Virus record (IMG/VR): IMGVR_UViG_3300020583_000009
Reading direction: 5' to 3' (one strand)
DNA: 35,328 nt
Source: a virus
The translations under genes were made by a program, and so were the position numbers. The notes beneath the pieces were generated by a model. The model was given only the letters and a program-made list of their open reading frames with translations. It did not search any database and was not told the DNA's origin. Shown piece by piece: positions 14,373-23,165 of the stretch (its first letter is position 1; every line of letters starts with the position of its first letter).

Positions 14373-15722
14373 ATGGCACTTCCATTACCAAGAGTTGTTC
14401 CCGATACTGGCCCCGGTGGTGGTTTGGTCACTGCTATGGGTGGGATTAACGCCTTACATAATGCAATGATTGAGAAGAAGATTAACCAAATCAAAGCTCA
14501 ATACATGCCTTTAACCTCACAAGCGGAAGCAGCGAGTAAGCTTGCCTATGCAAATTTGATGGGGCCACAATTCCTATCGAAACTTTTAGGCAATGAAGGT
14601 GCCTTGGCGAACATGTCAGAAGACCAGAAAAAACAAATCCTAGGATTGGTCTCTCGGGCAGGTGTTAATAATTCTGGAAACCCTTTAGCACAGATGCCAC
14701 AAGCTCAAGCACCACAACATACAGGTGTTGGCCAACCTTCGACCAATAACTTTGCTGGCTACTTAAAGAATGCCCTTAAAGGTTTTCTTGGACAAGGCCA
14801 AAGCCAAGGGCAAGGAAACAATCCATTTGCGCAAGCGGCTCAAGCAATGCCACAAATGCCTCAACAGCAACAAATGCCCCAAGGACAGCCACAAGCTCCT
14901 GAACAGCCAATGGGTAATCCAGCAATGAATGCTGTTCCTGGAAAAAGGCCAAAAGGTGGTGTCACTGTTGAAGGTCAACAATGGTATGACAAGAATGGCA
15001 ATCCTGTTTATGAGGAAGATGTTCAAACGCCTAATGAAGATGTTCAGATTGAAGAAACTGAACCCACATGGGCTGAGAAAACAGGCCGATTTAAAGGCGA
15101 AGAAAAGCAAGGCGAAGAGGCCGGAAAATATCGTGCCAAGGCGCAACAAGAGATTGGCGACAGTCAACTTGGCTTAAGTCATTCAGGTGCCGTATTGGGT
15201 CGTATGACTGATATTATTAAAAATCCTGAGTTTCAAGAAATGCGCAATAAGATTCCTTTCTTCCAAGATAAGCAATTAAATTATTTGATGAAGACCGGAA
15301 CCCCTGCGCAAAAGAAACTTATTGGTGACTTTTTATCGACTTCTGAAAGTTTTATTGCATCAACTGTCCAAGGGTTCAGTGGTAAGCCGTTGGTGCGTGA
15401 GTTTGACTTAGCGCAACGTCAAAAGATTAGCCCAAGCGATCCAATTCATGTCGCCGAAGGTAAACTAAAATCAGCTATTGCACTTCATGACATTGCAGAA
15501 AAGAAGAACAATATTATCTCAGGGTTGCTTGATAAAGGCGTCAATCTATCTGATGCTGTTAAGCAAGCAAACAAAATGGTCGATGTAAGTGCTATTGAGA
15601 AGCGAACTGATGAATTATTGCGTGATAAACCTACGGAAGAAGACATCAAGTATATGGCTGAAAAATACAAAACATCACCTGCGGAAATCAGGAAGAAATT
15701 AAAAGCGCAAGGAGTACTGTAA
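14373..15722 (+). CDS. Ejection/internal virion protein candidate 2
   Basis: 449 aa. Gly-rich N-terminus and a central Gln/Pro/Met low-complexity tract (QMPQQQQMPQGQPQAPEQP). Confidence 0.6.
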   Translation: MALPLPRVVPDTGPGGGLVTAMGGINALHNAMIEKKINQIKAQYMPLTSQAEAASKLAYANLMGPQFLSKLLGNEGALANMSEDQKKQILGLVSRAGVNNSGNPLAQMPQAQAPQHTGVGQPSTNNFAGYLKNALKGFLGQGQSQGQGNNPFAQAAQAMPQMPQQQQMPQGQPQAPEQPMGNPAMNAVPGKRPKGGVTVEGQQWYDKNGNPVYEEDVQTPNEDVQIEETEPTWAEKTGRFKGEEKQGEEAGKYRAKAQQEIGDSQLGLSHSGAVLGRMTDIIKNPEFQEMRNKIPFFQDKQLNYLMKTGTPAQKKLIGDFLSTSESFIASTVQGFSGKPLVREFDLAQRQKISPSDPIHVAEGKLKSAIALHDIAEKKNNIISGLLDKGVNLSDAVKQANKMVDVSAIEKRTDELLRDKPTEEDIKYMAEKYKTSPAEIRKKLKAQGVL

Positions 15723-17356
15723 TGGGAACGCCACGCGATTTTTTAGAAGGTAGTTACAATCCTGCAAAGCAAACTTACCAACCCCGAGACTTCTTAGAAA
15801 TGGAAGAACCGGAAGAAAGTATTGGTCAAGCAGCAAAGTATGCACCTTTCAGGGTTGGTGAGGATTTATTGAATGCCGGAAAGGGTGCGCTTGAAAGTGC
15901 ACCTGAGTATTGGGAAAAGGCAAAGACGGAAGTTCCAGCCTTTTTAAACCCAATTAATGGATTGAGACATCCGATCACACGCAGTAAAAACGTGATTGCA
16001 GGTCTTGCAGAGCTTGGGCATAACACGCTTAATGCACCTCATGGCATAGCTAACTACTTAGAGAAGCGTCTTAACCTATTACCTAAAGGATGGGCGGATA
16101 AAATTCCTTATCAAGATGACATATCCGGCGCATTAGACCAATTCACGGGCAAAGAAATGAACCCCGGAGATGCATTGACGAGAGGATTGGTAAGAAATGC
16201 TACAAATATTATTCCTGCTGGAAAGGTAGCTGGAGCTTTAAATCCTTTAAATCTTACAGCTAAAAATATTGCCAAAGATGTTTTGAAAACACGTGAAAAA
16301 AATATTGGAGAATATGGAAATCGTTATGAAAACTTGTGGAAAGAATCCGAGGCAGAAGGACTAGGAGATTTATCACATACTAGAGGAAATAATCAAGCAA
16401 ATATTCCTTTTGAAAAATATGAAAGTGGTAATCAATTTGGTGTTTCACATAATGCTGGAAATACAGAATTACCTACTAATAATATAGGATTAATAAAAAA
16501 TGGAAATAATGCCCGAGTTATACACGCTGTTGTTGAAGAAAAGCATCGTGGAAAAGGCATTGGAAAAGCACTTTATAAAGAAGCAATTAATGACGCTCTT
16601 GAAAAAGGATTAGGTTTTGAATCAGATAGCGTTGTATCACATGATGCAATGAAATTATATAAATCTCTGGAAAAAGAAGGGTATAAATTTGAATACAATC
16701 CCCATGTTAAAGAAGTTAATGGAGAATATCTTGGAGAGCCATACAAAAGATTTGAATCTATTGATGAAGAAAGTCCGGTAGTCAAATTAATTTCTAAGCC
16801 AAAACCTAAAAATTTGATTGATATAGATATGGAAACAATCAAAAAATATTCTCCCGGTCGTGGAATTAAAGGATTGGAAGACTTTGAAGCTAATCCCACC
16901 TTGCAAAATGCGCACAATGCAAAAAGTGACCTATTACGTATTAAGCGAGATTTAGATAAACTAACTACATTGCGAACTGCTGAACGCCAACAATTGGGTG
17001 CTGTAAATAATGCAATTGACAGCATTAATAACAATATGTTTAAAGGCCCTGATGGTAAGATACATGAGGGAATGAAGCAAAAATATGGCGAGCTTCAAGA
17101 AGGTTATCGAAACGAAGTGGTTCCTTATAAGAATAAGGCCATCAATGAGTTTATGCGCGGTGAATCTTCTCCTGATGAATTAGTAAATTCATTATCTAAG
17201 AGAGCATTTTATGCAAAGCGTGGTAAATATCATAATGCAATGCGAATGAGAAAATTGGTTAAGAGTCACCCTTATCTAGCAGGAATAGGCACAGGAAGTG
17301 CTTTAGGAGCTGGGGCTTTAGGTTTTTACAATGAGCTTTTTGGTAAGAGCAAATAA
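15722..17356 (+). CDS. Ejection/internal virion protein candidate 3 with embedded GNAT-like acetyltransferase motif
   Basis: 544 aa. ARVIHAVVEEKHRGKGIGKALYKEAINDALEKGLGFESDSVVSHDAMKLYKSLEKEGYKF is a GNAT motif A. C-terminal Gly-zipper YLAGIGTGSALGAGALGFY. Confidence 0.65.
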   Translation: MGTPRDFLEGSYNPAKQTYQPRDFLEMEEPEESIGQAAKYAPFRVGEDLLNAGKGALESAPEYWEKAKTEVPAFLNPINGLRHPITRSKNVIAGLAELGHNTLNAPHGIANYLEKRLNLLPKGWADKIPYQDDISGALDQFTGKEMNPGDALTRGLVRNATNIIPAGKVAGALNPLNLTAKNIAKDVLKTREKNIGEYGNRYENLWKESEAEGLGDLSHTRGNNQANIPFEKYESGNQFGVSHNAGNTELPTNNIGLIKNGNNARVIHAVVEEKHRGKGIGKALYKEAINDALEKGLGFESDSVVSHDAMKLYKSLEKEGYKFEYNPHVKEVNGEYLGEPYKRFESIDEESPVVKLISKPKPKNLIDIDMETIKKYSPGRGIKGLEDFEANPTLQNAHNAKSDLLRIKRDLDKLTTLRTAERQQLGAVNNAIDSINNNMFKGPDGKIHEGMKQKYGELQEGYRNEVVPYKNKAINEFMRGESSPDELVNSLSKRAFYAKRGKYHNAMRMRKLVKSHPYLAGIGTGSALGAGALGFYNELFGKSK

Positions 17357-17365
17357 ATAAAACTT

Positions 17366-17379
17366 CACAAGGAATGTGA
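17366..17379 (+). promoter_or_regulatory. CACAAGGAATGTGA motif (copy 2)
   Basis: Identical to 13742-13755. Followed by AT-ATGGC (fibre start 17382). Confidence 0.55.
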
Positions 17380-17381
17380 AT

Positions 17382-18974
17382 ATGGCAATTACTTACGTAC
17401 AAGCGTTTCCGCCACTTTGGTACATCGTTGGTAACGATGGCCTTGCGGCTGGCGGCGCACAAATGTTTACTTATGACTCTATAACCCGTCAACCTAAACC
17501 TGTGTATCAAGACCCAGCCGGAACCTTGGCGTGGCCAAATCCTGTAATCTTCAATTTAAATGGCACGAAAGGCCCTTTTTATTGGCAAGAGGATAGCGCA
17601 AACCCAGACGACTTGTACTATGTAGAAGTTTACGATAAAGACGGTAATCTACTCTGGCAAGCAAATGACTTTCCAGCGAGTGGATCGGGTGGTGGTGGAA
17701 ATGTGACGACCTATATAACCGTCACAAACTACATTACCAACAACCAATTTATCAACCACATTGGGGCGCAAGCGGGTCCTCTCCCTACCAACTTGGTTAT
17801 CGCCCCATCTAATCATAAAGGCTTTACTCCGGCTCTTACAAACCCAATTGTAGGAACCTACGGAGTACTTGGCCCGGATATTCGTTTTGTGAAGAACAAT
17901 ACCAACGCGGTCGATTCAATAACCTTTGTGCCTTTTGCTTTGTCCGCTGCACCTTTAACCGGAGACGTTACACCCGTTGAGTATGTGAGGTATCAATGTA
18001 CCAATACGCCAACAGGTGAAACATACAAGAGCTTTCAGTTCCCTATAACCCAAAAGGTCAAAAACTTATCGAACCAGCCTATGACATTTGGTTTTTGGGC
18101 GGCTTGTGGGTCTGGCACTCAGACAGTTAATATTTATTCACGTCAATATTACGGGTCTGGAACAGGTGCTACACCTGAATCAACCAGCACCCGAGTTAAC
18201 ATTGGTTCGGCGGTATTATCCACTACTTGGCAATGGTTCCCCATTAATTTTGTAGTTCCAACGGTAGCAGGTGGTTCTTTGGGAACGCCGGGAATGCAAA
18301 CGGATGATGACGCTTTATATATACAGATTGATATGCCTTTGGGTACTCCTTGTGACATATTATTTATAAAACCTGCATTGTTCTTGGGTTCTGCTGATCC
18401 AGATACAGAGTTTGATTCATACGACATGATTGACTCAATAGACCAAACGCCCCGGTGCGGAGATGTCAAAGCAACTTATTGGTCTTCTGCTCCTCTTGGC
18501 TGGCTTCCTATGAATGATGGTACGATAGGAAATGATGGTTCAGGTGGCACACTTGCAGTCGGGCAGTTCACGTTCCAATTGTATAAAACCCTTTGGGATG
18601 CTGTATCAAATACTTATGCGCCTGTAACAGGTGGACGGGGTGCAACGGCTCAAGCGGACTTTATAGCTAATAAAGCCTTGCAGTTACCTCTTTCATTGGG
18701 AAGGTCGATTGCGGCAACTGGAATGGGTGCCGTACTTGGTCAAAATGCAGGGGCTAACAGTGCGTCAATTACTCTGGGTGCTGCAAACTTGCCACCTCAC
18801 TCACATACCTATACCTTTACAACGGTTGGGGCTGGGTTTGGTTTTGGTTTTGCATCAGGAACGAACTTGACTACAGGTGCCGGAAACACAGGAAATGGCC
18901 CCGGAACGTCTACACCGTTCACCGTTCCTACATTGCCGTTAACATCATTCATGAATATTTATATTAAACTTTAA
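17382..18974 (+). CDS. Tail fibre protein with tail-collar-like C-terminal domain
   Basis: 530 aa from ATG 17382. GWLPMNDGT...FQLYKTLWDAV...LQLPLSLGRS...NLPPHSH resembles the phage tail collar / MdpB-type domain. Confidence 0.78.
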   Translation: MAITYVQAFPPLWYIVGNDGLAAGGAQMFTYDSITRQPKPVYQDPAGTLAWPNPVIFNLNGTKGPFYWQEDSANPDDLYYVEVYDKDGNLLWQANDFPASGSGGGGNVTTYITVTNYITNNQFINHIGAQAGPLPTNLVIAPSNHKGFTPALTNPIVGTYGVLGPDIRFVKNNTNAVDSITFVPFALSAAPLTGDVTPVEYVRYQCTNTPTGETYKSFQFPITQKVKNLSNQPMTFGFWAACGSGTQTVNIYSRQYYGSGTGATPESTSTRVNIGSAVLSTTWQWFPINFVVPTVAGGSLGTPGMQTDDDALYIQIDMPLGTPCDILFIKPALFLGSADPDTEFDSYDMIDSIDQTPRCGDVKATYWSSAPLGWLPMNDGTIGNDGSGGTLAVGQFTFQLYKTLWDAVSNTYAPVTGGRGATAQADFIANKALQLPLSLGRSIAATGMGAVLGQNAGANSASITLGAANLPPHSHTYTFTTVGAGFGFGFASGTNLTTGAGNTGNGPGTSTPFTVPTLPLTSFMNIYIKL

Positions 18975-18985
18975 GGAGTCCAGAA

Positions 18986-19288
18986 ATGGCAGTTCAATTA
19001 TGTAATATACCCGCTTTAGATCCGAACGCTTACACAGGCCCAACTCGGGTAATGTCTGGCGTTGCTCGGACAGGAACGGTTACAAATGACACGTATTTTG
19101 GAGCCAATAACTCCGTTGAATTCGCACGCTGGCTTTACGTTGGCGTGACTGGTGACGTCTCTTATACAAAATGGGATGGCACTAACCAGACTCTTACGGG
19201 CTTGGCTGCTGGTGTATGGCATCCGATTTTTTCTATCAAGATTAATTCGGCTGGAACAACAGCGACAGGGATCGTATGGGGAAGTTAG
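18986..19288 (+). CDS. Virion-associated hypothetical protein (100 aa)
   Basis: AAGGAG RBS. Lies between two fibre-like genes. Confidence 0.6.
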   Translation: MAVQLCNIPALDPNAYTGPTRVMSGVARTGTVTNDTYFGANNSVEFARWLYVGVTGDVSYTKWDGTNQTLTGLAAGVWHPIFSIKINSAGTTATGIVWGS

Positions 19289-19299
19289 CTAACTTCAAG

Positions 19300-19313
19300 T
19301 AGTAATATTACTA
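19300..19313. promoter_or_regulatory. Perfect 14-bp palindrome TAGTAATATTACTA
   Basis: Lies in the 47-bp intergenic gap before ATG 19336. Confidence 0.3.
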
Positions 19314-19335
19314 ATCATTTAATAAGGATATTAAA

Positions 19336-20322
19336 ATGAGCACAAGTTTAGGACAAACAGTACTGTTTAACGATTTAACCCCAGCGCGAGTGGTGTCTTT
19401 AACCAACGTTGCTGGAACTTATTACAATGGCCCTAATAACAATGGAGTGGGTGCTACCCTTACCGTTGCTGCTAGCTCCTTAACAGTCGATAGCGTGGTT
19501 TTAAGTGTTGGTGACAGGGTTCTTTTACAGAATCAAACAGCCGCACTTCAAAATGGCGTTTATATCGTTGAATTAATTGCCTCAACAGTTGTTCTTGCTC
19601 GTGCCTTTGACCAACAAAGCCTTGAGCAATTGAAAGCAGGTCAATTCATTCTGATAGGAGCAGGTACAGTTAACGCTGGTGCTGCTTTCTGTCTAGTTGA
19701 ACCTTTACCTCAAAACATTGGTGTGGATGCGTTTGTGTACTTATCCTCTCCCTTGAGTGCTGCAATGGGCACAGCGGGTGCAAAAGCTGCCACTAACAAC
19801 GCGCTCCCTGATGTTGTTTCCTCTGCTGGATCAGGATTTACCGCTGGCAACTTCATCTCTGCTGTTGATACTGCTGGTTCTGCGCAAGATTCAGGATTTA
19901 ACGTATCTAACGTTCTGCAACATGCTCGTGTGGCTATGACTGCTGCTCAATGGAATGGAATGTATGCGGCTCCTTTCTTATTGGTAGCTGCACCCGGTGC
20001 TAACAAAATCAACGTGGTTGAACAAATTACCCTTGGCATGACTTTCGTATCTGCGGCTTATGCTGATGGTGGCGTGATTGGCGCTCAATACGGTAGTACT
20101 GTTCATGGCGCAGGTTCTGCTGCAAGTTCTACCGAGGCCGCTGCAGACTTCTTCGCAGGTGCAAGCACAATGTTCCGTTTAGGAAGTGGCGTTGCTACTG
20201 GCGCACCATTTGCTAATGCTGCAAACGCTGGAATCTATTTAAGTAACTTAAGTGGTGCGTTTACGACTGGTGACAGTACTTGGATTGTTGACGTTTATTA
20301 TAGAACGGTTGCTACGGTATAA
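19336..20322 (+). CDS. Fibre/spike-like structural protein
   Basis: 328 aa. The N-domain motif VGDRVLLQNQTAALQNGVYIV...ARAFD...GQFILIGAGTVNAG is common in phage fibre N-termini. Ala/Gly-rich C-terminal half. Confidence 0.6.
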   Translation: MSTSLGQTVLFNDLTPARVVSLTNVAGTYYNGPNNNGVGATLTVAASSLTVDSVVLSVGDRVLLQNQTAALQNGVYIVELIASTVVLARAFDQQSLEQLKAGQFILIGAGTVNAGAAFCLVEPLPQNIGVDAFVYLSSPLSAAMGTAGAKAATNNALPDVVSSAGSGFTAGNFISAVDTAGSAQDSGFNVSNVLQHARVAMTAAQWNGMYAAPFLLVAAPGANKINVVEQITLGMTFVSAAYADGGVIGAQYGSTVHGAGSAASSTEAAADFFAGASTMFRLGSGVATGAPFANAANAGIYLSNLSGAFTTGDSTWIVDVYYRTVATV

Positions 20323-20327
20323 ATGAC

Positions 20328-20351
20328 AAGGGGGATTCGTTCCCCCTTTTT
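20328..20351 (+). terminator. Rho-independent terminator
   Basis: AAGGGGGA-TTCGT-TCCCCCTT followed by TTT. Confidence 0.8.
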
Positions 20352-20365
20352 AAAAGGAATTACAG

Positions 20366-20515
20366 ATGCCAGGCGTTTACGGTGGGTTAATCGTTATCAT
20401 AATGTATGCCGCGAGTGAGAATGTGGTGGATAAATCACTGTATCTTATTACGCAGGGCGGCGATCCGATTCTTACAAACCTTGGTGAAAACATATTAGTC
20501 ACGGAAGAGGAATAA
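20366..20515 (+). CDS. Small hydrophobic-N-terminus protein (49 aa)
   Basis: AAGGAA 6 nt before the ATG. Translation MPGVYGGLIVIIMYAASENVV... Below the track cutoff. Confidence 0.45.
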   Translation: MPGVYGGLIVIIMYAASENVVDKSLYLITQGGDPILTNLGENILVTEEE

Positions 20516-20518
20516 ACC

Positions 20519-22699
20519 ATGCCAGGTATAGAGATTAGTGCCTTACCAGCGGCCACGTCCGCACAAGTAACAGACGTATTCCCAGCGGATCAATTACCCG
20601 GCCCTGTGACGCGCAAAATAACTATTCAGCAAGTCCTCGACTTATTGACTGGAACCTTCGTTGAAAGTGTTTCAGGTACGACAAATCGCATCACCTCAAC
20701 AGGTGGCGTAAATCCAATCCTAGATATTGCCGCTAATTATGTGGGGCAAGCATCAATAACTACTCTTGGCACGATTACATCAGGAACTTGGAATGGTACG
20801 ATTATTAGCCCAGCTTATGGTGGAACAGGTGTAAATAATGGAGCTAACACATTAACTTTAGCCGGTAGTTTAACAACCGTTGGAGCATTTCCAGCAACGT
20901 TTAATTTTACAGCAAGTACTAATGTTACTTTTCCTACATCTGGAACCTTAGCAACTACCGCAATGATTCCAACCGTTACACCTTCCCCATTAACGGCCAC
21001 GCCAGACACAAACGTAACTATAACACTCGGTGGTACGCCAGCAACCGCGTTACTTCAAGCTACTTCTATCACTCTTGGATGGACTGGAACATTAAGTCCA
21101 GTACGAGGAGGAACCGGGGTAAATAATGGAACAAACACCCTTACGTTAGCTGGCAACTTATCAACCGTTGGAGCATTTTCTGCGGTTTTTAATTTCACCG
21201 CTGCAACAAACGTAACTTTCCCTACAAGCGGAACATTGGCTACAACTGCAACGGCATCGGGAATAGTAAGTTCAGGATTGATAAATCAGTTGGCTTGGTA
21301 TGCAGCTAACGGAACAACAGTTTCAGGATTGGCAACCGCTGCATCGGGTGTTTTGGTTACATCGGCTGGTTCAGTTCCAAGCATCAGTACTACATTGCCA
21401 TCTGGACTTTCTGCTACTAATATTAATTTGACTACTCCCAATTTAGTGGTCAACCCCTCTTATACCGTTACAGGTGCCACAATAAACGGTGTGGTTGCTC
21501 CTATAAATTGGGAATTATTTACTTTCTGGCAAGGCGCAGGATATTATAATTCTACTTTTAATTCTTCGATGCTTATTGCGGATTTTAATATTTTTAATGG
21601 CTCAGAACCACTTTTAGATACTTTAAACTTAGGTGGTATTCAAACTCTTTTACAAACTCCAATTACAGGAGGATTTATAAGTGGTACTTTCACAAATTTA
21701 ACTTCTTTGTCTGCTCCCTCATTAATAAATATTAATATGGCTTGGGCACCCACAATGGCGGCGTTAACAAGTTTAAGTATGCCTGCCCTTATTAATATCA
21801 ATGGAAGTTTTGGTGGAACTTATAGTAACGCTGGATTTACAAGTTTTAGTTTACCATCATTAGTTAATGTTTCAGGTAATTTAAATGCTACATGTGCGAA
21901 TGTTACTACAGTTAGCATGGCAAATTTAAAATATATAGGAGCTGTATTTACTGTATTTACAATGTTTCCTGCGGCAACTACGTTAAGTTTCCCGGCATTA
22001 GCGTATGTGGGTTCATCATTAGCAATTACAAATACTTGGAATGGAACATCAATAAGTTTTCCTTCATTACAATATATGGGTGGAAATTTAGTATTAACTG
22101 CGCCAAATTTAACATCATCTACTTTTACAAACTTGCAATATATGGGAGGAACTACTTTAGTATGGGCGGCCATGACATCAGTGTCCTTTCCAGCTTTAAC
22201 AACAATGATAACTGCTCAAGCATTAAACTGTACTTTTGCGGCGGCTACTTCTGTAAGTTTTCCACTTTTAGCTAGTGCGGGACAAATTTTATTAAATACT
22301 GTAAGTGCTAGTAGTATTAATCTTAATTCATTAGCTTCATGTAATTCTTTATCTTTAACCGTTGGAAGTGCTTTAACTTCATTTAGTTTACCTGCATTAC
22401 AAAATATTAATAGTGGCTCGTTTGGTTGTACGACTGCTACAGGACTAACTACATTTTCATTTAATAGTGGGTTATTAAAAATTGCAGGTAATGTTACGTT
22501 AACAAATGCGGCATTAACTCAAGCTAGTGTCGATGGTATTTTAGTTTCTTTAGCTAATTTAAATGGTTCTGGAGGTACAACCGCATGGAGTTCTTTAACT
22601 GTAAACTTAAGTGGTGGAACTTCTGCGACACCAAGTTCCACAGGACTAGCGGCAAAAGCTACTTTAGTCGCGCGTTCTTGTACGGTAACAACAAATTAG
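20519..22699 (+). CDS. Distal tail fibre / receptor-binding protein with duplicated GGTGVNNG domains and an LRR-like C-terminal solenoid
   Basis: 726 aa. Two ~48-aa homologous segments. The C-terminal ~400 aa shows a ~22-24-aa periodicity (L.S.SFPAL..I.G...). Confidence 0.8.
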   Translation: MPGIEISALPAATSAQVTDVFPADQLPGPVTRKITIQQVLDLLTGTFVESVSGTTNRITSTGGVNPILDIAANYVGQASITTLGTITSGTWNGTIISPAYGGTGVNNGANTLTLAGSLTTVGAFPATFNFTASTNVTFPTSGTLATTAMIPTVTPSPLTATPDTNVTITLGGTPATALLQATSITLGWTGTLSPVRGGTGVNNGTNTLTLAGNLSTVGAFSAVFNFTAATNVTFPTSGTLATTATASGIVSSGLINQLAWYAANGTTVSGLATAASGVLVTSAGSVPSISTTLPSGLSATNINLTTPNLVVNPSYTVTGATINGVVAPINWELFTFWQGAGYYNSTFNSSMLIADFNIFNGSEPLLDTLNLGGIQTLLQTPITGGFISGTFTNLTSLSAPSLININMAWAPTMAALTSLSMPALININGSFGGTYSNAGFTSFSLPSLVNVSGNLNATCANVTTVSMANLKYIGAVFTVFTMFPAATTLSFPALAYVGSSLAITNTWNGTSISFPSLQYMGGNLVLTAPNLTSSTFTNLQYMGGTTLVWAAMTSVSFPALTTMITAQALNCTFAAATSVSFPLLASAGQILLNTVSASSINLNSLASCNSLSLTVGSALTSFSLPALQNINSGSFGCTTATGLTTFSFNSGLLKIAGNVTLTNAALTQASVDGILVSLANLNGSGGTTAWSSLTVNLSGGTSATPSSTGLAAKATLVARSCTVTTN
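20819..21250 (+). repeat. Diverged intragenic duplication (20819-20962 and 21107-21250)
   Basis: GGTGVNNGANTLTLAGSLTTVGAFPATFNFTASTNVTFPTSGTLATTA versus GGTGVNNGTNTLTLAGNLSTVGAFSAVFNFTAATNVTFPTSGTLATTA. Roughly three quarters nt identity by eye. Confidence 0.85.
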
Positions 22700-22740
22700 A
22701 GTGTTAGTGAATGGATTATGGTTACTGAATTTATTTACAA

Positions 22741-22926
22741 GTGGCTTGGTATTCTGCAAGTTCTGGTTCAGCAAGTGCGCAACTTTCAGGCCCCGGTTAT
22801 TTTGGTGGTGGTTTTGGATGTGGTGGCCCGGGTTCTATACAATATTCACAGCCATCAGGTAGTACCGTTACTAACACTGGCACAGCGGGAACAGTTGGCA
22901 CTATAATCGTTACGGAATATATTTAA
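22741..22926 (+). pseudogene. Orphan Gly-rich fibre C-terminal fragment (no ATG, no RBS)
   Basis: The frame reads AWYSASSGSASAQLSGPGYFGGGFGCGGPGS...GTVGTIIVTEYI*, typical of glycine-rich fibre ends. Only a GTG is available, directly after an in-frame stop. Competes with the ATG 22718 frame. Confidence 0.3.
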
Positions 22927-22946
22927 AACAACAAGGAGAAGTTAAA

Positions 22947-23165
22947 ATGCAGTATGATTCAAATCAATTATCGCAAGAACTTGCAGCATTACATCAAAAC
23001 AAAGAAGTTGCATTTCAGCAATATCATAAAATTTGCGGCGCAATTGAAATGGTGGAAGCCATGCAAAAGCGTGCGTTAGAAACAGAAAAAGAATCCGAAT
23101 CCAAACTTTCAGACGAAGAAAGTAGCGAGTTGGAACCTGTTCCTGAACAGAGAGAAGCCGCTTAA
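22947..23165 (+). CDS. Hypothetical acidic coiled-coil protein (72 aa)
   Basis: AAGGAGAAG RBS. Last + strand late ORF. Its stop overlaps the stop of the convergent WGR gene. Confidence 0.6.
   Translation: MQYDSNQLSQELAALHQNKEVAFQQYHKICGAIEMVEAMQKRALETEKESESKLSDEESSELEPVPEQREAA

Noticed and set aside
14763-15167. 134-aa antisense ORF. The same issue applies to 917..1291, 16573..17034, 18149..18469 and 21820..22173.
   Set aside because: These lie antisense to strongly supported structural genes. They arise from low-complexity or repeat-rich sense sequence and have no RBS or operon logic.
20819-21250. Diversity-generating retroelement (template/variable repeat pair) in the fibre
   Set aside because: The genome has no reverse transcriptase. 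Differences between the copies are not adenine-specific, and both copies lie in frame in the shaft rather than at a C-terminal lectin fold.
22697-22906. TAG read-through extending the 726-aa fibre into the in-frame 22718 ORF
   Set aside because: The extension would be a hydrophobic, Val/Leu-rich peptide unlike any fibre domain, and there is no read-through context. It is more likely an off-frame reading of the Gly-rich remnant.
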